Shown: piece after piece, positions 1 to 22,306 of the stretch
Layout of the letters: each line of letters begins with the position of its first letter
How positions within the stretch are numbered: the stretch's first letter is position 1
From: Zygnema circumcarinatum SAG 698-1b
Taxonomy: Eukaryota > Plantae > Zygnematophyceae
Length of the DNA stretch: 64,000 nucleotides
Direction: 5' to 3'
Assembly: GCA_037447605.1 (NCBI GenBank)
Contig: CM074812.1
Coordinates: forward strand, 1,736,001-1,800,000
The notes under the pieces: model-generated
The model's database searches: none
What the model saw: only the letters and a program-made list of their open reading frames with translations
What the model was told of the DNA's origin: nothing
Position numbers and translations under genes: made by a program

Positions 1-5701
<5,701 letters not shown>

Positions 5702-6531
5702 GGGCCAGGAGGGGGGAGGGGGAAGATCAACGGTCTATTTTCTAATTCTGGAGGGGGAATAAATTTGCATATATGATTGATTCAGGCGGAAGGCATTAGA
5801 AAAGTGCAGTCCATCTAGCCTCGAGTATGCCATTCAGTTGTTATTGCTCACAAATATGATAAAGAAAGTAGGAGTTTCGTGGTTGATTTCTTTAAATGTT
5901 TACTTGAAATCTGTTTAAGGGTCTTTTAGGGTTTCCTGGAGTCTTTGGGTCGTTAGGTGCAGTTGCATTCCATGTAACCAGAAATTTTGATTTGCCATTT
6001 CAAAAAATTTACATTGCTACTCCTTCGCTATTACTTATTTTGTCCCCCCCCCCCCCCCCCTCCCTTTCATACCATCCTCAGAAGCCCCACAACCCATTGT
6101 TCTCATTTCCCTGTATTACCAACATTTTCTTTTCTTGTCTTATCAACTTCACAGCAATACCTCCAGACCCTCCGTCGTGCCTTTCATGGTTTCATGTAGT
6201 CCATGATCATGTTCAACAAAAGCCCAATTCATCTCTCATGTTCCAACGCCACAAAGAGATCTTTGCGATGTGTCATTCCTTTCTTCCAAGTCTGAGCGTT
6301 GACGAGTCACCCCTCCTCGAAAGTTGGGCCCTCCCTCCCTGCCTCCCTCCCACTTTCCCACACTTTCCGACGGACTTATCGAGTTGCCAGACCGTCGTGT
6401 CTCCGTCAATCGGCGCGCAGCAGCAATTGGTAAAATCGCCGGCGCATGCAGCGACATACAACTGCGCGCCGGGTACTACACCTCCAGCCATTGTTACTGC
6501 GCCGAGAGGGCTCCCTCCGCAGGCGGCAGCC

Positions 6532-8281
6532 ATGGCGGGCGAGCTGGGGGTAGAACACATGGAGCTTCTTCGCTCGGGAACTACTGCAATAGATGGTAGA
6601 GCAGTTGTTGGAGAAGAAGCGGGAAGCTTTTCTTTGAGTTCTTCGCCATGGTTGCTCACTATAGCTTTAGGGGCCGCCGTAGTGTATTATGTCCTTTGGC
6701 AGCACGCCTCGTACGGGAGGAAGAGCACAGACCCTCGTGTGTGGCCCCTTCTTGGAAGCCTCCCAGAGCGACTCATTCATATCAACCATTACTTTGACTG
6801 GTCAACGGAGATTCTGCAGGTGACACGTGTTCTCGGGTGCTGGAAGCGGGGGAGCTGGGGGAGGTAAAAGGGGCAGAGATGGGGGGAGAGTTTTTTTTAT
6901 GCTATTTTTCAGGTGCTCTGTTGGGTTATGTTCACGTAGGAAGAAGAAAGGAAAAAGGGCGGGAATTTGAGGAATTCATGGAGTTTTGAGGGAGGTATTT
7001 GGCGCAGAAATCGGCCACGAGCACGTTCAGGACTTGGTCTCCAGGGGCGCGCACTGTGGCAACAGCGAATCCGCTCAATGTGGAACATATCTTGAAAACG
7101 AACTTTGCAAATTATCCGAAGGGAAAATCAAGCCAGGTAAGCTGAGCTGTACGCGCCTTTGAACGGAATTCCGGCTTTACCTCTTACCCATTTGAGAGAA
7201 TTGCTGCTTAATTAGTTGATGCCAGACCGGCCGGCCATGCAAAAGCATGCGTCTTAAATCACTTGTTTTTTTAGAATTTCGTCGGCATGAAGCTTTTGCC
7301 GCATCTATTACAGATTTTTCATCAATAACAGAACCTCCTGTTTGGCAACTTCAGATGAACTACCTGGTAAAATGGGGAGTGGGATGATGCCAGGAAGTGA
7401 ACACCGACCTTTTGGGCCATGGCATCTTCAACAGTGATGGCGAACAGTGGAGGGCGCAGAGGAAGAGTGCAAGCAACGAGTTTTCGACTCGCTCTCTGAG
7501 AGACCTCATGGTCTCCTCCATCCGCCGCTCAGTCGCAGAGAAACTCCTTCCCATCTTTCAAAGGGTACTCTCCCTTCTCCTCCTCCTCCTTCTCCTCCTC
7601 CTCCCTCTCCTCCTCCTCCTTCTCCTCCTCCTCCCTCTCCTCCTCCTCCTCCTCCCTCCCTCCCTCCCTCTCCTCCTCCTCCTTCTCCTCCTCCTCCCTC
7701 TCCTCCTCCTCCTTCTCCTCCTCCTCCCTCTCCTCCTCCTCCTTCCTCCTCCTCCTCCCTCCTCCTCCTCCCTCTCCACCTCCTCCTTCCTCCTCCTCCT
7801 TCTCCTCCTCTTCAGTGACGGACCTACATATAAACGAGTTTGGGGGCTAAGCCCCCCCTGAGATTTTGAAAATTCAACTTTTTTTTTTTTATCCTATCTT
7901 ATGTATTATATGCTAAAAGAGGGCTTAGCCCCCCTCAACAAAAATCCTAGATCCGCCACTGCTCCTTCTCTAATCTTTCCGATAAGAATGCGCTCATATG
8001 CAGCCACCCCAACTCTCTATTCTCTGCGAATTTCAACTTTCTTTTTACCAACTTTCTTTCTTTTCAGCCCTGTCATGATATGGAGATGTGCAGGCGATGG
8101 CGACAAAGGCCGCGTTGGACGTGCAGGATGTTCTGCTGCGCTTCACATTTGAGGGTATTTGCCGCATCGGGTTTGGGGTCAGCCCCGGCTGCCTCGCTCC
8201 CGACCTGCCCGATGTACCCTTCGCAAGTGCCTTCGATATGGCCACTAGGGTGAGGGAGAAGTTTCCTTCTCTCTCTCTTTC

Positions 8282-8346
<65 letters not shown>

Positions 8347-10671
8347 CTCTCTCTCTCTTTCTCTCGCTCTCTCTCGCTCTCTCTCTCTTCTCTCGTTGTT
8401 GCCGCAGGGTGCTTCTACGACTTGACTAAGTTTACAACTTAGCATTTTGTGATGGTTGTGTGTATGCGGATTGTTTGTATTCACACCAAGTTGGGCACTC
8501 AATGGTTGGTTGGGTTGTTGGTACTGGCAGATAACCAACAATCGATATCACGTGCCGACTTTCGTATGGAAGCTGTGCAGGAAACTGAACATTGGTTCAG
8601 AAAGAAAGCTTGCTGAAGCCGTCAAGGTTTGTGCCTCCCATCTCACTTTTACGAAAAATGGCTGCTGTTGGAGTAAAATGTTGAAGGGGCCTTCGACATA
8701 ATATGGGGCTTCTTTTTATTTTTTCTTTTTCGTTTGAATGGACTCTGCAGGTTATCCACAAGTTCGCTGACGATGTGATCAAGCAGCGCCGAATAGAGCT
8801 AAAAGAAGAAGCAGAGAAGGCCAAAAGTGAAACAAGCGAGCTGCTCGCAAATGAGCGCCATAGCGACATTCTTTCAAGGTATAAACCTCCCTCATCCCAG
8901 TAAAACTCTTGAATGGTAAAGCTTTCTAGTTTCTTAACAATTTAGTCCAAGCAGAGGGGAATCTGGAGTGAAGTGAGAGAAAGTGTAAGTGAAAAAATGA
9001 GAAAGTAAAATTGAGAAAAAGTAAGTGGGAGTTGAAAAAGTGAGCTCCCTCCTCTGTCCCCGCCGGGCCTTGCAGGCTCATGCAGATCAGCGACCCAACG
9101 GACGGCTCCGATGGGTCGCCGGAGATCCTGCGCGATGCATGCACGAGCTTCATCCTCGCTGGCAGGGACACGTCATCAGTGGCGCTGAGCTGGTTCTTCT
9201 GGCTGCTGACGTGGCACCCCCACGTGGAGCAGAAAATCCTCGAAGAAGTGAACAGAGCCTTTGATGCGCGGCCCCAAAGTGAGTCACTTTTGTTATGGGT
9301 CGAGTTGGGAAAACGGGGGTGAGAGTGGGGGAAGGGCAGAGAGAGGGAGGGAGAGAGGGGAAGGGGGAGAGAGAGAGGGGGGAAGAGAGAGAGAGGGTTG
9401 AGAGAGTGGGAGTGAGCGAGATAGAGAGAGAGAGGGAGGAAGAGGGGAGGGAAGAGAAGGAATGGGAGAGAAGGGAAGGGGGGAAAGATGGGGAAGAGAG
9501 AAGGGGGAGAGAGAGAGGGAGAGAGGCGGGGAGAGAGAGAGAGAGAGGGAGAGAGAGAGAGAGAGGGGGGGAGGAGAGGGGGAATGCTCGTCGTATGTTG
9601 GCGTCGTACTTTGTACGAAAGTGAGTGCACATAACAGACTGATATGTCCATGCGTCCATGCATGTCATGTCACGTGTCATGAGTGGATGGTTTTGTGCAC
9701 AATACAGATGCGAACGAGTCGCTTATCGAGCGAGAAACTTTGAGCTTTGAGGAGCTGAAGCGGATGGAATATCTGCACGCGGCAATCACGGAATCGCTGC
9801 GCCTCTATCCATCCGTCCCAGTAGACAACAAGTAGGCTTCCCCCCTATGAAACCTCTCCCTCTCCCTCTCCCTCAACTAAGTCGTAGACAACTTCTCTTT
9901 AGGGAATTGAACAACTCGCGTTTTTTTCCTACATATGTCTGCCATTCGTCTCCCTGTTTATTTGCCTTGAGAAAAATGAAACGAGCCCTTACAATCTTTC
10001 CTCAAAAGGAGAAATTTTCCTCCGGTAACCTTCTCATTACTCCCTTAAAACCTCTCCCTTCTTCTCCCTCTCCCCCTTTAGGTCCTCCTTGCTCCANNNN
10101 NNNNNNTCCCCCCCCCTTCTGTTCCCTTTTCTCCCTCAGATATGCCCTGAACGATGATGTTCTGCCGACGGGAGAAGTTGTGAAGGCGGGCTCATGCGTC
10201 ATATACAACATATATGCAATGGGGCGAATGCGAGCTGTTTGGGGCCCCGATGCGGAGATTTATAGACCTGAAAGGTGGCTCGGACCTGAGGGGGAGTTTG
10301 TCCCCGAGTCGCCCTTCAAATACCCTGCCTTCAATGCAGGCCCTCGGCTCTGTCTCGGTCGAGAAATGGCATATTTGCAGGTGAGAAAAATGTGGGTTTT
10401 TTGAAGTGGGTTGTGGAGGTTTTGGGTCTGGTTTGGAGGAGGGAAGTTGTTTCTAAAGATTGGGGAAAAAAGGGAGGTGGGTTTTGAAAGGAAAGGTGTG
10501 TTTTTTTTTTGGGAGCAGATGAAGTCTGTGGCTGCATCGCTCCTTCGCAACTTCAAGCTGGAGGTAGTTCCAGGCCATTTGGTGGAATACAAAATTTCGA
10601 TGACTCTTTTCATGAAACATGGCCTTCTCATGAGGGTCCATCCGCGTGACGTAACGCCACACGTAGCGTGA
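6532..10671 (+). CDS. Cytochrome P450, CYP86 clan (CYP86/94/704-type fatty acid omega-hydroxylase-like)
   Basis: Exons 6532-6819, 7008-7136, 7394-7564, 8094-8249, 8531-8626, 8751-8878, 9076-9278, 9708-9831, 10140-10380 and 10519-10671 splice in frame. Features: N-terminal TM anchor, [36 protein letters not shown]-helix AGRDT, ESLR (ExxR), PERW, heme motif [11 protein letters not shown]-terminal [12 protein letters not shown]. Confidence 0.93.
7570..7810. repeat. Pyrimidine-only 15-nt-period repeat, TCTCCTCCTCCTCC(C/T), in P450 intron 3
   Basis: Visible tandem units between donor 7565 and acceptor 8093. Confidence 0.9.
7813..7961. mobile_element. MITE-like non-autonomous element, 149 bp
   Basis: Termini CAGTGACGGACCTA and TAGATCCGCCACTG are 12/14 complementary. 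Perfect 13-bp subterminal inverted repeat GGGGGCTAAGCCC (7842) / GGGCTTAGCCCCC (7921). AT-rich non-coding interior. No clear TSD. Confidence 0.72.
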
Positions 10672-11110
10672 GAGGCAGAGGGAGAGGGAGATGAAGAGGA
10701 CGAGGGAGCGGGAGTGGACGGAGGGAGAGAGAGACGGGGAGGACGAGGGAGAGGGAGAGGGGGATAGGGAGACGGAGAGAACGAGGGAGAGGGAGAGGAC
10801 GGAGGGAGAGAGAGAGAGACGGGGAGGACGAGGGAGGAGAGGGAGATGGGGAGAGGGAGAGGGAGAGGGAGAGGGAGAGGGAGAGGGAGAGGGAGAGGGN
10901 NNNNNNNNNGGGAGAGGGAGAGGGAGAGGGAGAGGGAGAGGGAGAGGGAGAGGGAGAGGGGGAGAGGGAGACGGAGAGGACGAGGGAGAGGGAGAGGACC
11001 GAGGGAGAGAGAGACGGTGAGGACGAGGGAGAGGGAGAGGGAGTGGGGGAGAGGGAGACGGAGAGGACGAGGGAGGGAGAGGACGGAGGGAGAGGGAGAG
11101 GTAGAGGACG
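10672..11110. repeat. Purine-rich (GGGAGA)n / GGACGA degenerate repeat with a 10-N gap
   Basis: Directly visible, immediately after the P450 stop codon. Confidence 0.9.
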
Positions 11111-11524
11111 AGGGGAATACAGTTAGTTATTCATGCCAAATTTGTCCTATGTCACGAAGATATCGAAAGTGACTCTCACAAACAGCCTTCTCTCAGACAA
11201 TGTATGCCTCTTTAAGGTCATAGGAAATAAGGCGCCATTTATTCATTCTTGAAGAATCCATATGCCTACAGCTCACTATGCTTCCGCAAAAGAATAAGAA
11301 CTCTGCATATCCTACAATAAGATCTCTCCTTCACCTTCCCTTCCCTCCCTAATGTGACAAAAACACCGTCTCCTGCTCAATTCTATTTCTTATTCTGTTT
11401 GAATCACAAGGCCAACCGTACGCTCCGCTGTACAAAAAACGCAGAACTGGACTCTTTAATTTCAGGATTTTCCTTTGAAAATTTTGGAGTTTTCGCATGT
11501 GGGGTTTTTTTATTTTTTATTTTT

Positions 11525-16568
<5,044 letters not shown>

Positions 16569-16641
16569 AGTGAAGGGTCGTGGGAGGGAAGGGGGGGAGA
16601 GAGGGAGGGGGAAAGGCGGCGCGGGGGGAGAGTGCGGAAAC

Positions 16642-16647
16642 AAAAAA
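16642..16647 (-). terminator. Pol III T6 terminator of the tRNA-Leu gene
   Basis: Run of six T on the minus strand, 14 nt downstream of the tRNA discriminator base. Confidence 0.7.
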
Positions 16648-16661
16648 GTTAGGGCTACCCG

Positions 16662-16743
16662 TGACAGCTGTGGGATTTGAACCCACGCCCCTCGCGAGAC
16701 TGGAGCCTAAATCCAGCGCCTTAGACCACTCGGCCAAACTGTC
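16662..16743 (-). tRNA. tRNA-Leu (anticodon UAG), 82 nt, intronless
   Basis: GACAGTTTGGCCGAGTGGTCTAAGGCGCTGGATTTAGGCTCCAGTCTCGCGAGGGGCGTGGGTTCAAATCCCACAGCTGTCA. It has a 7-bp acceptor stem, anticodon stem CTGGA/TCCAG with loop TTTAGGC, a long variable arm and T-loop TTCAAAT. A TATA-like element lies ~30 nt upstream. Confidence 0.97.
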
Positions 16744-16969
16744 ACTTATAATTCACTGCCTTCTGTTTTATATATACTGATAAAAACACTATTTTCAAGT
16801 CGATTTTCAATCGAAAGATATTTTTTTGGGATACAGTCAACAGTCCTCATATTTTCGCCATGGTTTTGGCAAATATGAGGCGAAAATATTGATTTTTGCA
16901 AATAGACGGTTCGTGTTACCAATAGACGGGCGGTATTGTTAGAGTTCGTGTTAGAGTTCATGTTGGACC

Positions 16970-17516
16970 GTACGTATCGTACCGTACCGTATCGTACCTT
17001 ATCGTACCTTATCGTACCGTGTCCTTAAGTATCGTATCGTATCGTGTCATATCGGAACCAAAAAGGAGGAAAGACGAGCGAGCGCCTCTTACGGCGGCAC
17101 GTGCGGGAAGATTCGGTGAGTTTTGCTGAAGCCCGTAACGGCTAGTACAGCAAGTACGGCAAGTACGGCAAAGACGACTAGTACGGTTTTCAGGGATTTA
17201 GGGTTTTAGGGTTTTAGGGGTACGAATAGTACGGATAGTACGGCTAACGCAGAGTTACCGTACAACAAGGTGGTTTCGGCAAAATCGGGGCGAATTTCTT
17301 GGGGACGCACTGTACAGGGTGGAAAATATGTGGACTGTTGACTGTATCAACCAACGTACAGTACTGTACTCCCTTTTGGATTTTTGTGGTGTACCAATGC
17401 GAGCTTTGAAATGTCGTCATTATTGGTTCCAAACAAGGCGAGCCAACCGAGGACAATGGTTCAATGGTTGGTACAATGGTACAATAGTTCAAGGCCATTT
17501 TCCATACCCTCAGTAC
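16970..17516. promoter_or_regulatory. Dense GTAC / CCGTAC cluster (SBP/SPL-type core motif)
   Basis: 22 GTAC counted in ~550 bp (about 2 expected at uniform base composition), many as CCGTAC/GTACGG. Seven more lie at 17887-18111. Function not shown. Confidence 0.5.
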
Positions 17517-17707
17517 AATGGGCTTCTATATGTTCTGGAGTAACGGCTCTTGTGGCACCCATGGCTGCTTTACCGATACTTGCTACGCAGCTACAATATC
17601 TCATTCAAAGAGTTGAGAAAGTAAAAGCGTAACGCAATTCGTGCATTTTCCAAAGCCAATCTGCATAAGTTTAGCAGTAGAATGCTGCAGGAATTTGTAA
17701 CTGGTTA

Positions 17708-17788
17708 CAGGCTAGGGACTGGGGTTTTTCAGGACCGATGTTGAGGGGGTCGGGAGGTGAATGGGATCTTTGCAAGTCTAATCCTTAC
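17708..17788 (+). pseudogene. Isolated fragment resembling complex I 49-kDa subunit (NuoD/Nad7/NdhH)
   Basis: Translates [27 protein letters not shown], matching the recalled family segment (D/N)WG(F/L)SGxMLRxSGxxWDLRKxxPY. In-frame TAG stops lie just upstream and similarity is lost downstream. Confidence 0.7.
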
Positions 17789-18018
17789 CAGTTGTTTAAA
17801 TGTTGTAGACAGTATAAGCCATTCTTTCCCTGGTCTTATTCATTTATACTACCGCAATGTGACCATAATGAAGGGATAGACGAAATGTACCGAGTATGTA
17901 CTCACTACGGTACTACCTTATACTGACTGACTAGGCCACATATATCGAAAATACCGAATGTACTGACTGGTGGACTGACTGTGTAGATGCTTTGTACTTA
18001 GGTCCTTTGCGACCAGTC

Positions 18019-18087
18019 CCTCGTGGTTCCCCATGCTGCTTTTGTCCATGTACATTTGATGGCCTCGCCATCGTGAGTTCAATGCCA
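18019..18087 (+). repeat. Dispersed ~70-bp repeat, copy 1 (copy 2 at 52856-52927)
   Basis: CCTCGTGGTTCCCCATG..TTGTCCATGTACATTTGATGGCCTCGCCAT.GTGAG..AATGCCA is shared, with a 3-nt indel and a few substitutions. Confidence 0.85.
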
Positions 18088-18977
18088 TTTTCCTCCCTAC
18101 TGACTGTGTACCGACAGATATGTTTTTCACAGATATATCGTCAGTCGTTCAAGGGAGGCGACCCTCTGATTCTCGACTACGACTATTGCAGGCCACAGCA
18201 GAAGCCTTCTCCTCCATTCTCATGGACGAAAGGAAAGGAGCCGAGCCCTGTCACGTTGCAACAGGCTTTCGACATTTCAGCGCTCCCTTTCAAAGCACCA
18301 CCATACACTTCTGTAGAGCAGGGCAAGGGGTTCTCACCTGCACGGCTACGCCCTGGTCGGCTTTTTCCTTCCCCTGCAGCCTATCGACTTTCGTGTTTTT
18401 TTTAAACCGCAGTGGAACATCGAACATTTACATGGCCCCTGCTTATTTTAGTCATGCTTCCTTGTTGCTCTGCGCTACGTGGTACAATTGTTGCTCAAGT
18501 CGGAAGTCAACGCCCTAAAGCCCCTAACAACAGCCTCCTCAAGCCGCGAGCCGCCCAATGTCTGCCAAAGTATGACGTAGGCAAAGTCCCTTGACTGTGT
18601 TATGGACACAGCGGTGGAAGTTAAAAAAGAAATGCAAATTACAGATTATACCATGGTTTGCAAGCCATAGGCAGTGAGCACTACGCCTGTTTTACTATAC
18701 ACGTTGGATATCCGCCGCTCTATCCCCTTTATCCTTACACGAAGAAAGACTATTACACATACGCTCTCCTTTCCGTTTCTGCCATTCTGACGGTATTAGG
18801 CCTTCACCTCGTTAAATAGACCACGGACTCTGTCGCTTCACAAATCGAGTTGCGTCACTGAGACTTCAACCACTCTCGTGAACCTTGTGACTACAAAAGG
18901 CTGCTGCCAAACTGTCGATCACTTCCCCAGAGTGAGCGAAGAACTCCTTCAGAGTGCACGTGGAAGAGGAGGGAAGA

Positions 18978-21900
18978 CTACCCATTGACGACAGGTGAAG
19001 TGGGTGAGCAGTCTTCACCAGCAGGGAAAGACTCCTCCTTTCCACTTGGCTGAAAGGGGCTCTGAGATTGGGCTGCAGGGTCCCCATTGGGTGAAGAGGG
19101 CAGACACTCTAGAGGCGTTCGCATCTCCGTGGCCTCTTCCTGGGGGGGAGATGTCGCAGAAACCGTCACAAACTGCACAATGCCTTGCCGGCAGAAGGGG
19201 CAGGGCAGCTGCCCGTGCCGCAGGTTTGAGCTGCCATTGTGGAGGCTGCCGGTGGAGCAGAGGTTGAGGGAGCAGCGGATGCACAGTTGGTGCCCACAGG
19301 CTGGCAAGCAGAATAACCCCCCAGAGCATCTTGTAAGTGAGACTGAAATATGACTCCTCTATGCCCGTCCAGACCGTCGATCAAGAAGGCACCATTCAAG
19401 GTCAGTCCCCTGAGAACGACCCATGAGGCTAAACAATCCCTTCCTTCCCCAACACTTTCCACTCACATGCGGATGCCACAGCAGTGGGCCTCTCCAGACA
19501 TACGCCGCAAGTTTCTCCCTCTGCAGTCTTCCCCCCTTCCGCCGCCATCCTGCCCCCACGAGCCGAGTCTCCAGGTCAGAAAGGACAGGCGAAAGCCCAT
19601 ATCTCAGCACCAAGCTTTCGAAGACCTGAGTTAAATGTGCCATCAACTCCTAACTTCATTGCAGCTCTTGCCACCTGCCCCCACAGCACCTTGCAATGGA
19701 GAGAGCACTCCTCAAGGGAAATGCGAGATATCGTGAAGTAGGAACGGCTGGCAGGTCAAGAACTGCTTCAGGAGTTAGCAGCTCCTCCGCAGCCTGTCTC
19801 TTCCAGAAGCGGGCTACATGTTGAGGAGTCCAACTGCAAAGTTGATAAGTCCGACAAACAAAAAAATTCAATTGCGACCACCATAATGATGAACCATTGA
19901 GGACATTCTTGATTACCAGCAGTGACGAATTCCAAGACATGGAAGAACTCGTGCACATAAATGCTCCCCATTCTTACAATCCCTTTACTCTCTGATACAA
20001 GATTTACAGAAGGTCAAAGCGAGAAAATTTCACACCCGTTGTCATTCTTGAAGTTGCGATCGGCTCCGCGGGCCAGCAAGACCTGGCAGCAAGTAACACT
20101 CCCGTTGCAGGCAGCATAATGAAGCGGAGTACTGGCATTTCCTGAAGGAAAGAGTCACCTCAAGCCGCCATCAGCCGCTCGACTTGACAACAGAAATTGA
20201 ACACACAAACACGGATGAAAAACGGTATCATGCAGGGCAACTTCTCCTCTGTGCAAAGGGAAAGGCTTCAGGGACATTTAGCTCTCAAGTTTTAAAAAAA
20301 CCTGCAAGAACAACTCCTGATGCACAAACATTGGCACTTATGCATATTGCAGCATCGGTAAATGTATCTGCGCACCAATATCGTCCCATTCCTGCATGCC
20401 CTCCTGACATGTTAGAGCGTTCACTCGTGCCCCCAAGTCCAGCAGGAGCGTCACACACTCTGTGTGCCCATTCAGAGCTGCAAAATGGAGTGCTGTCACT
20501 CCACTGTCCGCGCGAGCATTCACTACTTCCAGCAATTCCCTGCACACCCAGCCTCGTTTCTCTTCATATAAGGAAACATGTCAACCTATGAAACAACGAC
20601 AATAACGGCAATCCCATGCTCATTTGAGAACCAGTTCCATCCCTCTCGATGTATTATTTCTCCAGGCTGAGTTGCTAAACGCATATCTGTGTGTTTTCTG
20701 GCAAGAAATGAAGCCATTGCACAAGTGACCTTGCAAAAAATAACTTCTTGATGCCAATGTGCTGGACCAGGACAGCTAGTAATTGCACCTGTTTGGGAAC
20801 TGGTTCGCTTCATCGTCATCTTTGCAGCCAGGTAAGGTGCTGGGCACGAGATCCGCCACAAGGAGGCGCAGACACTGTACATGGCCGCTGGCTGCTGCGT
20901 AATGGATGGCCAGACGACCACTGAGAAGGTCAAACTTGCAAATCTGCAGACCAGCAGTTCCACGAGATGGAGATTATAATACTACCAGATTGACAATAGC
21001 GACTGCGGATGACCAGCAGCTTTAAATGCTGCGTTTTTTCCAACAATATGGGTTTTACCGCAGAAGAAGAGATTCTGGGTGATAAATTTCACTCCTGACC
21101 CTGAGAAGATTTAGCATCCTCTGGCATGCGTTCCACAATTTTAAAATTGTCAAACATACACAAGCAACACTTGTCTTAAAGCCAACCGTGCCTTGTAAAG
21201 ACGATTCAACTGTCAGCCTCATACTGTGTAGGTGTAGAAAGCATAGCACATAGCTAGGGGACAAACACAGACGAAACTGCAAAGCATAACGCCTCACCAC
21301 TCTGCTCTGCCTAGGTAGATGTAGCGGAGCACGGTCAGTGTAAAGACCAGAGCCTTCCACAAATGAGCAGTAGAGCACGCTTACGTTAAGACAATAAGCA
21401 AAAGAAGCCACCTGTTCCAATTCTCAGTGAAAGCAAGAAGGTTTCCAATGTTTGCATCAGTCTACATGTTTATCTACGTGAATCTTTTCTATCCAGGAAG
21501 CGGATGAAAGTTTCCATACATTAGCCTTTCGTATGACCAAGGCTTGCACAACCTCCCAGCGGCCGAATCGGCAAGCGTGCATCATAGCAGTCTGCATCAA
21601 CGTCACCGAATAGGAGGCATAAGAATACAAAATGACACCTTTGCATAAAAATGTAGAAAGATATCGCATCAGTCGAACATGCAAATCGTTGGTAAACAAA
21701 AGCATTAGCACTTCAGGCGAAATTTGACGTCGAAAACCAGCTAGCTAGTTGGAAGCTCTAGAATATCAGGTGAGATCTGGTTCCCATGGTAGCAATGGAA
21801 TAGAGTGAAGGAATCAAGTACCTGACCGCAATAGTTCCTACAGTCAACATCCGTTCCATGTTCTAAGAGCAGATTTACAATCTGCAAACACAAATCACCA

Positions 21901-22306
21901 AAAACTGCACACGGGCCTTACTAGTCCTGCTTAAGGAAAACATTCGAAACACGAAGTTACCAACACAAAATGGTTGTACTTGGAACCCTCATCAGCCAAG
22001 ACAGCTATAAGTGCTGTAAAGTGTAGATACCACAGGAGCAGGGTGAATTGAAGCAGAATCCGTCAGTTACAACAAAGAAAAGCAAGAGAAAGGACTGCAG
22101 AAAAGCTGCTAAACGAGGAAATGACGGACCTCAGTATGACCTCGAGCTGCAGCGAAATGGATGGGCGAAGAACGGACTCCAAATGTACAAAAGCGAGCGG
22201 CGGAGGGCTTCAGGGCAAGAACTGTTCTCGCTTCTTCTATATCACCCTCTCTTGCTGCAGCCATGAGGCGCTCGCCAGTGCCTGAACATCCCAGGGAGTT
22301 TCCCAT
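18978..22306 (-). CDS. XBAT33-like: Ankyrin-repeat RING E3 ubiquitin ligase, XBAT32/33-like
   Basis: [35 protein letters not shown], then [16 protein letters not shown] and [16 protein letters not shown]. Spliced C3HC4 RING: [25 protein letters not shown]. Confidence 0.92.

Noticed and set aside
7447-7818. Extensin/pherophorin-like SPPPP repeat ORF
   Set aside because: It is an alternative-frame reading of P450 exon 3 plus an intronic CTC repeat, with no signal peptide.
17253-17632. Small ORFs in the GTAC-rich locus (17319-17543, 17384-17632)
   Set aside because: No recognisable domain, and no consistent spliced model could be built.
17810-17835. Partial resemblance to miR408 (TTCCCTGG) inside the GTAC-rich locus
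   Set aside because: Only ~8 nt match and no complementary hairpin arm was found.
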